This document shows positions 27,832-36,205 of a stretch of 63,347 nt of DNA, one piece after another. Under the pieces are notes generated by a model, which was not told where the DNA came from, searched no databases, and saw nothing but the letters and a program-made list of their open reading frames with translations. The stretch's first letter is position 1. Each line of letters begins with the position of its first letter. The stretch covers positions 1 through 63,347 of the forward strand of contig VMTD01000005.1 of NCBI GenBank assembly GCA_013791785.1. Reading direction: 5' to 3'. This stretch comes from Methanobacteriota archaeon (lineage in GTDB: Archaea; Thermoplasmatota; Thermoplasmata; SG8-5). The position numbers were made by a program, and so were the translations under genes.

Positions 27832-27992
27832 TTTTGTCAACAAAAAGCTCGGTACAGGGAGAAAGCATTTTGAAACCATGGCCGTTTGACTTCAACAACA
27901 AGGGCAAATGGAGAATTGTGGGATTCCTTTGGAATTCCCAAGTAGATATTAAATACAGATATTCTTCTAATGCATTACAGGAGATAACATTT

Positions 27993-28481
27993 ATGAGTGA
28001 TGAAATGGTCTTTGAATACAAGTACGAGCATGTTCCGTTAAGATTTAAATTATCTTTTCAATCTCCTTACATTTTTATGATGATTTTCGGATATATTTGG
28101 GCAATATGGTTTTACATCATAAGTGATTACAATATTAGGGTACCACTACTTCCAATATTCTTTGGTTCTGTGGGTTTGTTCATGTTTATGCTTGCAAGAT
28201 TTTCTAAAGATAAAACAATCCTTTCAAGTGATAAAATCGAATGGTATGATGCACAGAAGAATTATCACATCATTCATTTCAAAGATATCAAGAAAATCAA
28301 CATGCTCAATCTTAAAGGCTCTATGAACGTATTGAACATTCATGGAATAGATGATGAAAAAATTATAATTGGATGGGGCTTGAAATCTGAGGAATTCAAA
28401 ATAATTAAAGAACGATTATTGGATAATGTTGATCCAAAAATCTGGTTTCATTTCGATAAATGGAAAGGTTTCTGGAATTGA
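27993..28481 (+). CDS. Hypothetical membrane protein in an AT-rich islet
   Basis: ATG preceded by GGAG. Two hydrophobic helices (IFMMIFGYIWAIWFYII, LLPIFFGSVGLFMFML) then a soluble C-terminal half. The ORF-track start at 27834 is TTG and is less likely. Confidence 0.55.
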   Translation: MSDEMVFEYKYEHVPLRFKLSFQSPYIFMMIFGYIWAIWFYIISDYNIRVPLLPIFFGSVGLFMFMLARFSKDKTILSSDKIEWYDAQKNYHIIHFKDIKKINMLNLKGSMNVLNIHGIDDEKIIIGWGLKSEEFKIIKERLLDNVDPKIWFHFDKWKGFWN

Positions 28482-28580
28482 CTAATGGTGTGATTCTTAT
28501 CGACAAACCTTCCCCGCCCCCGATACTTTCGCCGACCCTTCCAAAAGCATTATTATGCATGGTTTATCTAGGCATCCACA

Positions 28581-30584
28581 ATGTCCATGTTTTGTCCGGA
28601 TTGCAGGGGCCTCCTCAAGGTCAAGAAGAAGGGCTCAGGCAACGAGAAGTACTGCCCGAAATGCGCCGGCGCAGGCACGCACCAGCCGGAAGAGTTAATC
28701 GAAGATTTCCCGGTGATGCCGCAGAACTTCGACCCCTTGGGAAATCCGGATATCCCTTTCTTCCCTTTCGCCCAAGTGAGACCCGGCCAGGACCAGTTCA
28801 TCCTGGATGTGGGCCAGTCCATTGCAGAAAGAAAGCATCTATTCGCTTATGCGCCCACCGGCATCGGCAAGACCGTGGCGGCACTGGTTCCGGCGGTGGA
28901 GGCCTCTCTGCGCATGAACAAGGTGGTGTGCTTCCTCACCTCCAAACAGTCCCAGCACCATATCGCCATCGAAACGCTCAGGCAGATGAAGGCCGTTTCC
29001 GGGAAGGATATTCGCGTCGTCGATTTGATTTCAAAGCAGGCCATGTGCCCAAGCGACATCTCGGAGGAATTTCCTGCGGCGTTCCGCATGCTGTGCTTCT
29101 CCAGCATCATGGACAAGTCCTGCAAGTATCACTCGAATAACGACCCTCACATGGTGAAATTCGTGCATTCCAACATCATGCACGTCGAGGAATTGAAGGA
29201 CCTTTCAACGCGCCGCCAGACATGCACCCACAAGGTCGCCATGGAGGCCGCAAAGGAGGCAAATGTCATTGTTTGCGATTACAATCACATCTTTGACCCG
29301 GTTGTCCGCCCCCAGATGCTGGAGGCCTTCGACAGGCCGCTGGAGGATTTCATCATCATCGTGGACGAGGCGCACAATCTTCCGGACCGTATCCGCGGCT
29401 ATTACACTATGAGTCTCACTCCGAACATCCTGGACGAGGCGATTTCCGAGGTCAAGGACAGGAATCTGGAGGCCGTTCTCAAGGGCCTCGGTAAGGACCT
29501 GACTGCTCTTCTGGACTCGGTGGACGTCAACAAGGAGGAACTTACCGAGTCCGGCGCGCTTCTGGACAAGTTCAAGAAAAGATTGGAGATGGGTTTCATT
29601 GAAAAATCAGACCTGGACACCTTCATCGGCGACCTTCAGAAGATCGCGCAGAAAAGATACACCGACGGCCGCAACAGCCAGGCTGCACAGGTGGCCGAGT
29701 TTCTGGACCATTTCAGAAAGGAGATGAACGGCCTCATCCGCATAATCAGCAAGAAGGACGGCTCCCTTCTTTATTATCGGTTGCTGGATCCGTCTGTCGT
29801 GGCCGAACCGATATTTTCCCAGTTTCATTCGAGCGTTGTGATGAGCGGCACCCTGTACCCCACCCAGGTGTACGGAGATATTCTCGGAATTCCCGACGGA
29901 AAACGCATGCTCAAGACCTACAAGTCCCCATTCCCTGAGGAAAACCGCCCGGTATTCGTGGCGGAAGATGTCACGACGCTCTACAGCCAGCGCGGGGATG
30001 CAATGTACCGGAAGATTGCCGCCCGGATAAATGAAGCCAGCTCGGCAGTTCCCGGTAACGTTGCGGTGTTCTTCCAATCCTACGGAATGCTGAAGAACAT
30101 ACTGCAGCACGTAAAGACCACCAAGCAGAACATAATCGAATCCAGGGAATCCTCAAAGGCCGAGAAAAGGTCAATGGTGTCCAACCTGATAAAGCTCAAG
30201 GCGGGTAACGGTGGGTTACTGCTGGCGGTAATGGGCGGCTCCATGTCCGAGGGCATAGATTACAAGGACAACCTACTGGATTGCGTCATAGTTGTCGGGC
30301 TGCCGCTCGCTCCGCCGTCCCTGGAACAGGACATGCTCATCAAGTATTACGATACGAAATTCGGCTATGGCAATGGCCGCGATTACGGCTACACATATCC
30401 GGCAATGAGCCGGGTCCTTCAGTCAATGGGCCGATGCATCCGTTCGGAGACGGACCGCGCTGCCGTAATACTGATGGACAAGCGTTTCCTTTACCCGATG
30501 TACAGAAAATGTTTCCCCGGGGATATGGTTTTCAAATCTGCCGATAATTTGGATACGCGCTTACGGGCTTTTTTCAGAGGCTGA
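28581..30584 (+). CDS. XPD/Rad3-like (DinG family) Fe-S DNA helicase with an N-terminal C4 zinc ribbon
   Basis: CPDC...CPKC ribbon. Walker A APTGIGKT and DEAH box VDEAHNL. Four Cys in the inter-motif insert (MCPS, LCFS, SCKY, TCTH). C-terminal SEGIDY...RCIRSE. Confidence 0.88.
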   Translation: MSMFCPDCRGLLKVKKKGSGNEKYCPKCAGAGTHQPEELIEDFPVMPQNFDPLGNPDIPFFPFAQVRPGQDQFILDVGQSIAERKHLFAYAPTGIGKTVAALVPAVEASLRMNKVVCFLTSKQSQHHIAIETLRQMKAVSGKDIRVVDLISKQAMCPSDISEEFPAAFRMLCFSSIMDKSCKYHSNNDPHMVKFVHSNIMHVEELKDLSTRRQTCTHKVAMEAAKEANVIVCDYNHIFDPVVRPQMLEAFDRPLEDFIIIVDEAHNLPDRIRGYYTMSLTPNILDEAISEVKDRNLEAVLKGLGKDLTALLDSVDVNKEELTESGALLDKFKKRLEMGFIEKSDLDTFIGDLQKIAQKRYTDGRNSQAAQVAEFLDHFRKEMNGLIRIISKKDGSLLYYRLLDPSVVAEPIFSQFHSSVVMSGTLYPTQVYGDILGIPDGKRMLKTYKSPFPEENRPVFVAEDVTTLYSQRGDAMYRKIAARINEASSAVPGNVAVFFQSYGMLKNILQHVKTTKQNIIESRESSKAEKRSMVSNLIKLKAGNGGLLLAVMGGSMSEGIDYKDNLLDCVIVVGLPLAPPSLEQDMLIKYYDTKFGYGNGRDYGYTYPAMSRVLQSMGRCIRSETDRAAVILMDKRFLYPMYRKCFPGDMVFKSADNLDTRLRAFFRG

Positions 30585-31199
30585 GGAAACCGCGTCAACG
30601 AATTTTCTGACGCTGTTCTCAACATCCACCGTGCCCACCGTGGCGGAAATGGCGCAGACCATGTCGGCTCCGGCCAGAACCACGTCATGAACATTGTCCA
30701 GGTTGATGCCGCCGATGGCGACGATTGGCAGTCCGGTCGTTCTCCTGAATGCCGCAATCCCTTCGAGGCCCAACGGCTGCCCGATATCGGATTTCGTTGC
30801 AGTGAAGAATACCGGACTCGCGGCCACATAATCGGCTCCCGCTTTCTCTGCTATTGTCACTTTCTCCACGCTGCCGCACGATACCCCAAGAATTCCGTGG
30901 GGGAATACCTTCCTGGCCTCCGCCGGAGCCATGTCATTGGGCCCCAGATGAATTCCGTCGGCGCCGATGTCCAGTGCCAGTTCGACGCTGTCGTTGATGA
31001 TGAAAAATACATCCGAATTCCGGCACAGTTCAAGCAATTCCTTTGCCTCTGCCAGCATTTCCCGATAACTCTTATTCTTCTCCCGATACTGGACGACGCT
31101 GGCGCCGCCCCGGATGGCGTCCTGCACATCCTTCACCGCGCCCTGTTTCGTCAGGCCGGAATCGGTGATGAAATAGAATCCGCGAAAATTATCTGGCAT
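30561..31199 (-). CDS. thiE: Thiamine-phosphate synthase
   Basis: FYFITD..., GADGIHLG and IVAIGGI motifs; 212 aa. Confidence 0.88.
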   Translation of the reverse strand: MPDNFRGFYFITDSGLTKQGAVKDVQDAIRGGASVVQYREKNKSYREMLAEAKELLELCRNSDVFFIINDSVELALDIGADGIHLGPNDMAPAEARKVFPHGILGVSCGSVEKVTIAEKAGADYVAASPVFFTATKSDIGQPLGLEGIAAFRRTTGLPIVAIGGINLDNVHDVVLAGADMVCAISATVGTVDVENSVRKFVDAVSSASEKSP

Positions 31200-31998
31200 C
31201 GATTTTTGCTCCGTTGAGTATATCTTCCTTGCCGACGGCCATAATCGCGTCGAAGAGGTTCTGCTTCATGCTCCCCGGTCCTTTTGCGTCGACTGCGGCC
31301 ATCTCGCCGGCGATTCCGTAAACAACCATGGCGCATGCCGCAGCCAGGGTCACGTCCTCCTCCACAGCAGCGAACGAACCGATAACCGAAGCGGCCATGC
31401 ATCCTGTGCCGACGACTTCGCCCATCATTGGGTGGCCGTTGCCTATCATGAACATCCTTTCACCGTCCGTGACCAGGTCCACGGCCGCGGTGACCACCAC
31501 GGTGCAATTCTCAGACACGGCCAGTGTGACGGCATGCTCCTCGGTCCGGCCCTCGACAGATATGGATTCAACTCCCCGAACTTCCGCCTGGGCGCCGGCC
31601 AGCGTCGCCACTTCTCCGGCATTGCCCTTTATGACTGCGATTTTAACTTCGGAAAGAATCCTTCTGGTGCTGTCTGTTCTTAGTCCGGTGGCCCCGACCC
31701 CAACAATGTCCAGTATCACAGGAATACCTCTCAAGTTCGCCTGTTTTCCGGCCTTTATCATGGCATTGATTAGAACGGGCGTCAGCGTACCGATATTGAG
31801 CACCAGCGCCCCGGAAATCGAGACCATTTCCTCTACCTCTTCCTCGGCATGGGCCATCACAGGCAGCGCCCCCAGAGACCGGGTGATGCTGGCGCATTCC
31901 GATATGGTCACCCAGTTTGTAATGTGGTGTACCAGCGGTTTTTTCTCTCTTATAATCCCGAGCATCTCGGCGGCTTTCAGTGCGATATCCTGTGTCAT
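31189..31998 (-). CDS. thiM: Hydroxyethylthiazole kinase
   Basis: PLVHHITNWVT, VIKGNAGE and VVGTGCM. The start at 31998 (MTQDI) is favoured by a TTAAATAT box at 32028-32035; the ATG at 32025 is also possible. Confidence 0.85.
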   Translation of the reverse strand: MTQDIALKAAEMLGIIREKKPLVHHITNWVTISECASITRSLGALPVMAHAEEEVEEMVSISGALVLNIGTLTPVLINAMIKAGKQANLRGIPVILDIVGVGATGLRTDSTRRILSEVKIAVIKGNAGEVATLAGAQAEVRGVESISVEGRTEEHAVTLAVSENCTVVVTAAVDLVTDGERMFMIGNGHPMMGEVVGTGCMAASVIGSFAAVEEDVTLAAACAMVVYGIAGEMAAVDAKGPGSMKQNLFDAIMAVGKEDILNGAKIDAR

Positions 31999-32049
31999 GC
32001 AATCACCCTGGCAGTATTTTGCCATGGATATTTAACGTTGCGGTGAGAA

Positions 32050-32163
32050 GTAAGTATTCAGTGAAACGATTGTAGATTGTAGATTTACGATTGTAGATTT
32101 ACGACGAACGGACATTCTGCCAGCAAATATCTAAAATCTAAAATCTAAAATCTAAAATTTCAG
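32050..32163 (-). mobile_element. MITE-A copy 5 (reverse orientation). One terminus is missing and the interior is fused to the mnmA 3' end.
   Basis: GTAAGTATTCAGTGAAACGATTGTAGATT...(ATCTAAA)4...TTTCAG. The mnmA TGA stop lies in the subterminal CTGAAA. Confidence 0.75.
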
Positions 32164-33221
32164 GCGCTCTCCTCGATTATCCCGCCGGCCACCACAGCAT
32201 CGCCGTCGTAAATGCCCACAGCCTGGCCGGGGGCAACGGCCCACTGCGGTTCCCTGAATTTCACTGATATCCTGCCGTCCGGAAGGGGTTCGGCACTTCC
32301 CGAGATCATCTCCTGGGTGTGCCGTATCCTGAATCCGTATTCTTTTCCCGACGCGATGCTTTCCGCCGAAACAAAATTGATGTTACTGGCCACCAGCCCC
32401 TCCGAATACAGTTCGGATTTCTCTCCCACAATAATCACATTTCTTTCGGCATCGATGGCCCTGACGTAAAGCGGTGTTCCGGACGGAATGCCCAGCCCCC
32501 GTCTCTGGCCGACGGTGTATCGCCAGACGCCGTCATGCGTTCCGACAGTATTTCCGGCAGTGTCCAGTATGTCGCCCGGCTTCGGTTCCGCGGCGATTAG
32601 GTCGGCTATATTCCCGTCATAAAAGTCCTGGCTGTCCGGCTCATCATGAGTTCCGAGGCCAATGTCCTTGGCTATTCTCCTCACTTCCTTCTTGGTGATG
32701 CCGCCCAGCGGAAACAGCGTTCTACCCAGCTGTTCCTGTGTGAGAAATATGAGGCCGTAGGACTGGTCCTTTGTGCTGTCCAATGCCCTTTTCAGGGTCC
32801 ATCTTCCGTTGCCTGTACGGTGTTCCACCCTGGCATAGTGACCGGTGGCGAATTTCTCGAATTGTATGCCGGCGGACAGCGCCTTTTCCAGCATGGCGCC
32901 GAACTTCACCCTGGGGTTGCATCTGAGGCAGGGGTTCGGTGTGCGTCCGGAGACATACTCATCCACAAAATAATCCATCACTATTGCTTGGTACTCTTTC
33001 GACAGGTCCAGCACATGAAAAGGCATGCCCAAGGTCTCTGCCACCGCACTCGCCATCTTAGCTTTTTTTGAATGGTCGGTCCCATAGCAGCCTTTTTTTG
33101 CGCCTGGCAGGTCATCGGAAATCCTCATCATGATTCCCACAACTTCATGCCCCTGTTTCTTCAAAATAGCCGCTGCCACCGAGGAATCAACGCCGCCGCT
33201 GAGCCCCACCGCCACTTTCAT
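32160..33221 (-). CDS. mnmA: tRNA-specific 2-thiouridylase
   Basis: PP-loop GLSGGVDSS and CLRCN; 353 aa. Confidence 0.9.
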   Translation of the reverse strand: MKVAVGLSGGVDSSVAAAILKKQGHEVVGIMMRISDDLPGAKKGCYGTDHSKKAKMASAVAETLGMPFHVLDLSKEYQAIVMDYFVDEYVSGRTPNPCLRCNPRVKFGAMLEKALSAGIQFEKFATGHYARVEHRTGNGRWTLKRALDSTKDQSYGLIFLTQEQLGRTLFPLGGITKKEVRRIAKDIGLGTHDEPDSQDFYDGNIADLIAAEPKPGDILDTAGNTVGTHDGVWRYTVGQRRGLGIPSGTPLYVRAIDAERNVIIVGEKSELYSEGLVASNINFVSAESIASGKEYGFRIRHTQEMISGSAEPLPDGRISVKFREPQWAVAPGQAVGIYDGDAVVAGGIIEESA

Positions 33222-34375
33222 CTCAATCCGGCCTTCAGCCGCTCCACGGCTTCCTTGATAGTTTCGATGCTGGTGGCGTAAGATAGTCGCACATAACCTT
33301 CTCCGCCCGGCCCGAATGCCGTTCCCGGCAGAAGCGCTATGCCCAGTTCGTTGATGGCGAAGTCTGCGAACTCGCTGCTGTTCATTCCCGTTTTCGTTAT
33401 GTTCGGGAAGGCGTAGAACGCACCCTGGGGTGTGACGCAGCTCAGCTTCGGAATGCTGTTCAGTCCCTCAATTAAAACGTCCCTGCGCTCCCTGAAGGTG
33501 CGCATCATGTCATCCACATACTGGGGTCCCTTGAGGGCGGCAATGCCTCCGTACTGGAGAAAATCAGGAGTGCAGGAAACGGTGGCCTCAAGCACCATGC
33601 TCATCTTCTTTATCACTTCCTTCGGGCCCACGGCATAGCCCAGGCGCCAGCCAGTCATGGCGTATGATTTGGAAAATCCATCTAGGAGTATTGTCCTTTC
33701 ATTGCATTGGTCCCGGATGGCCGCGCTGTGATGCGGGTAATCGTAAGTCATCTTGCTGTATATTTCATCGGAAAGAAGGTAGATATCCCGCTCCTCGGCT
33801 ATCTCCGCAACCCGTTCTATCTCGGATTTCTTCATCACGCCTCCGGTGGGGTTGGACGGGGAGTTGAGGATTATCAGCCGTGTATCATCGTCGATGGCGC
33901 TGTTCAAATCTTCGGGATCCAGCCGGAACTCGTTCTTCTCCTTCAGGCGAACGAAGTTTCCTTTTATGCCGGTGTATTTCAGCACCGAGTAATATGTCAG
34001 GAATCCCGGATCCTGAAGTGCGATGTTCTGGTGCTGCTCTACAACGCAGGACACAAGGTAAAATATCAGTGGATTGCCACCGGGCGCAACAAGAATCTGG
34101 TCAACGTCCGGTCTGAAGCCTCTGGTTTTCTCCACCTCTTCGCAAATGGCCTCCCTCAACTCCAGAATGCCGTTGGAATTCACGTAACGCGTTTTTCCGC
34201 CCCGCAGCGCCTTGATGGCTGCCTCGCAGATATGTTCCGGTGTATCGAAGTTAGGCTCGCCGATCTCGAAATGAAGAACCTTCTTTCCCTGCCTCTCCAG
34301 GGCCTTGGCCTTTGCGAGAAATTCGAATGCGGCGTTCGGGACCAATCTTTCGGCCCCCTCGGTCAGAGATTTCAT
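33218..34375 (-). CDS. Class I/II pyridoxal-phosphate aminotransferase (aspartate/aromatic type)
   Basis: NSPSNPTGG and PLP-lysine motif SFSKSYAMTGWRLGY. ATGA overlap with mnmA. Confidence 0.88.
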   Translation of the reverse strand: MKSLTEGAERLVPNAAFEFLAKAKALERQGKKVLHFEIGEPNFDTPEHICEAAIKALRGGKTRYVNSNGILELREAICEEVEKTRGFRPDVDQILVAPGGNPLIFYLVSCVVEQHQNIALQDPGFLTYYSVLKYTGIKGNFVRLKEKNEFRLDPEDLNSAIDDDTRLIILNSPSNPTGGVMKKSEIERVAEIAEERDIYLLSDEIYSKMTYDYPHHSAAIRDQCNERTILLDGFSKSYAMTGWRLGYAVGPKEVIKKMSMVLEATVSCTPDFLQYGGIAALKGPQYVDDMMRTFRERRDVLIEGLNSIPKLSCVTPQGAFYAFPNITKTGMNSSEFADFAINELGIALLPGTAFGPGGEGYVRLSYATSIETIKEAVERLKAGLR

Positions 34376-34465
34376 GTGAACGTCACGGGAAATCCGTGAA
34401 TCCCTAATACCTTTTCCCTATGTATGTTAATGTGGCAATTCGCAGCAGAAATTTCAGGGCTGTAC

Positions 34466-34716
34466 GTAAGAGTTCAGTCTTCTGAAGTTTGCCCGTTAAA
34501 TTGTAGTTTTTAGTGAACAGTGAATAGTGATAAGTGAAAAATGAAAAACGTAGTATTTTTGTCCTTGATAGCCAATTTTTTCACCATTTACCTCCCAACG
34601 TCACTTTTCACTATTCACTTTACACTTTTCACTATTCGCTTCGGCCAGTCAATAAGTCCGTAAATCTACAATCTACAATCTACAATAGTTACTTCTTCAT
34701 TTCACTGAATGCTTAC
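34466..34716 (+). mobile_element. MITE-A copy 6 (composite, 251 bp), with a perfect 8-bp target-site duplication GGCTGTAC (34458-34465 and 34717-34724)
   Basis: TIRs GTAAGAGTTCAGT / ACTGAATGCTTAC. The interior carries a long imperfect palindrome of AGTGAAN / TCACTNT heptads, then (ATCTACA)3. Confidence 0.9.
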
Positions 34717-34767
34717 GGCTGTACAAAAGCTTTATTAGTCTGGAATACCTATATTTGGCTTGATACA

Positions 34768-35322
34768 ATGAAGAGCAACATACCAGTCTCTGAAATCATG
34801 AGCACAGACATACCCCAGATGGAACCTTTCGAAACTGTGGAAGACTCCGCCGCAAGAATGGTGGAGCACGGTACCGGTTGCGTGATCATAACCGAGGATG
34901 GCAATCCCATAGGCATCGTCACCGAGCGCGACATTGTCCGGAAGGTCGTGAGCGCCCGCAAGGCCCCGTCAAAGGTCCAGCTTCGCGACATAATGAGCTC
35001 CCCAATCGTCTGGGTTCCCAGGACAACGGATATCCTGGATGCCGCAAAGCAGATGGCCAAGCTTCACCTTAGAAAATTGGTGGTCATGCACGACGGTCGT
35101 TTCATGGGTGTGGTATCAGCCCAGGACATTCTTCAGATTGCACCGCATTACATCGAGGTCACCAGGGAACTGGCCAACCTTTCCGGAGAGGGCGATGATT
35201 TCATGGCCGCTTCCATCGAGCAGGCTTCCGGTTACTGCGAATCATGCAAGGTATACTCGGACATGCTGGAATATCATGACGGTGCTTTGTTGTGCCCCGG
35301 ATGCAAGGAAAGGGTGGAATAG
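34768..35322 (+). CDS. CBS-domain pair protein with a C-terminal zinc ribbon
   Basis: Two CBS units (VSEIMSTDIP..., LRDIMSSPIVWV...) and CESC...CPGC. The start is at the internal ATG downstream of the MITE. Confidence 0.8.
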   Translation: MKSNIPVSEIMSTDIPQMEPFETVEDSAARMVEHGTGCVIITEDGNPIGIVTERDIVRKVVSARKAPSKVQLRDIMSSPIVWVPRTTDILDAAKQMAKLHLRKLVVMHDGRFMGVVSAQDILQIAPHYIEVTRELANLSGEGDDFMAASIEQASGYCESCKVYSDMLEYHDGALLCPGCKERVE

Positions 35323-35325
35323 AGA

Positions 35326-35506
35326 GATTGTAGATTTATTAATTGCTGCTGGCAGAATGCCCACCCGTATTTTAGATTTTAGATTTTAGATTTTAGATTT
35401 TAGATTTATGCTGAGAATATGCCACGCCGTCAATCCGTCGTAAATCTACAATCTACAATCCCTAAATCTACAATCTACAATCCCTAAATCTACAATAGTC
35501 AATCCC
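35326..35506 (+). repeat. MITE-A-related copy 7 without recognisable TIRs; (TTTTAGA)5 and extended ATCTACA/CCCTAAATCTACA arrays
   Basis: It shares both core segments with copy 2 (4909-5085). No flanking duplication. Confidence 0.65.
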
Positions 35507-35529
35507 TGTCCGAACCCCGCAGTTACCTT

Positions 35530-35537
35530 TTTATAAA
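35530..35537 (+). promoter_or_regulatory. TATA box TTTATAAA centred about 24-25 nt upstream of the pyrF ATG (leaderless-type arrangement)
   Basis: CCTTTTTATAAACACC, then the ATG at 35558. Confidence 0.45.
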
Positions 35538-35557
35538 CACCGCAATTTCCATAGCCC

Positions 35558-36205
35558 ATGAAACAGAACACCAGAGTCATACTGGCGCTGGACATTACCG
35601 ACCGTCACAGGGCCATGGAGACCGTTGAGAAAGCAAGGGATAGCATAGACGCAGTAAAGGTGAACTATCCTTTCGCTCTGGCATGCGGCATGGATGCCGT
35701 TGCGGAACTGGCGGGTTCTGTGGATGTGATATGCGATTTCAAGGTTGCCGATATTCCGAATACCAACCGTCTCATAGTCGAGCAGGTGAGGAAATCCGGC
35801 GCGGCCGGAGTGATCTGCCAGGCATTCCCGGGCAAGGATTCATTGGAGGCCTGCATCAGGGCCGCGGAAGGCATGGATGTTTTTGTTGTAACGGAGATGA
35901 GCCATCCCGGCGCGGACAGGTTCATGATCCCGGTTGCCGAAGACATGGCCAAACTGGCCGTTGAGGTCGGTGCGACAGGTATAATTGCCCCTGCCACCAG
36001 GCCGGAGAAGATTGCAACCCTCAGAAAAATTGTCGGTAATCTCAAGATACTTTCACCCGGTGTGGGTGCCCAGGGCGGTTCAGCATCCGCAACGGTCAAG
36101 GCCGGTGCCGATTATGTCATTGTGGGAAGAGCCATATACGATGCCCGGGACCCCGGGGAAGCGGCGAGGAAGATCGCGGAAGAGATCAGGGGTGCTTTGC
36201 AATGA
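35558..36205 (+). CDS. pyrF: Orotidine 5'-phosphate decarboxylase
   Basis: ILALD, catalytic DFKVADIPNT and a C-terminal GR motif; 215 aa. Confidence 0.9.
   Translation: MKQNTRVILALDITDRHRAMETVEKARDSIDAVKVNYPFALACGMDAVAELAGSVDVICDFKVADIPNTNRLIVEQVRKSGAAGVICQAFPGKDSLEACIRAAEGMDVFVVTEMSHPGADRFMIPVAEDMAKLAVEVGATGIIAPATRPEKIATLRKIVGNLKILSPGVGAQGGSASATVKAGADYVIVGRAIYDARDPGEAARKIAEEIRGALQ

Noticed and set aside
27602-27992. Integrase-type attachment site at tRNA-Ala
   Set aside because: No integrase gene, and I could find no direct repeat of the tRNA 3' half in the flanking sequence. Only the compositional anomaly remains, and it is reported as a low-interest finding.
27670-28021. ORFs 27670-27879 and 27794-28021 overlapping the tRNA-Ala gene
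   Set aside because: They overlap a well-folding tRNA and its promoter, and have no coding features.
31999-32160. Possible TPP riboswitch upstream of thiM/thiE (TPP riboswitches occur in some Thermoplasmata)
   Set aside because: The leader region lacks the conserved CUGAGA and ACCUGAUCUGGAUAAUGCCAGCG-like cores on the relevant strand. The space is occupied by a MITE copy and a TATA-like box close to the start codon.
34534-34767. N-terminal extension of the CBS-protein ORF (262-aa version), and likewise 55142-55219 for the M32 peptidase
   Set aside because: Both extensions are translations of the MITE repeat (FHYSLYTFHYSL... comes from the TCACTNT heptads) and begin at non-ATG codons.
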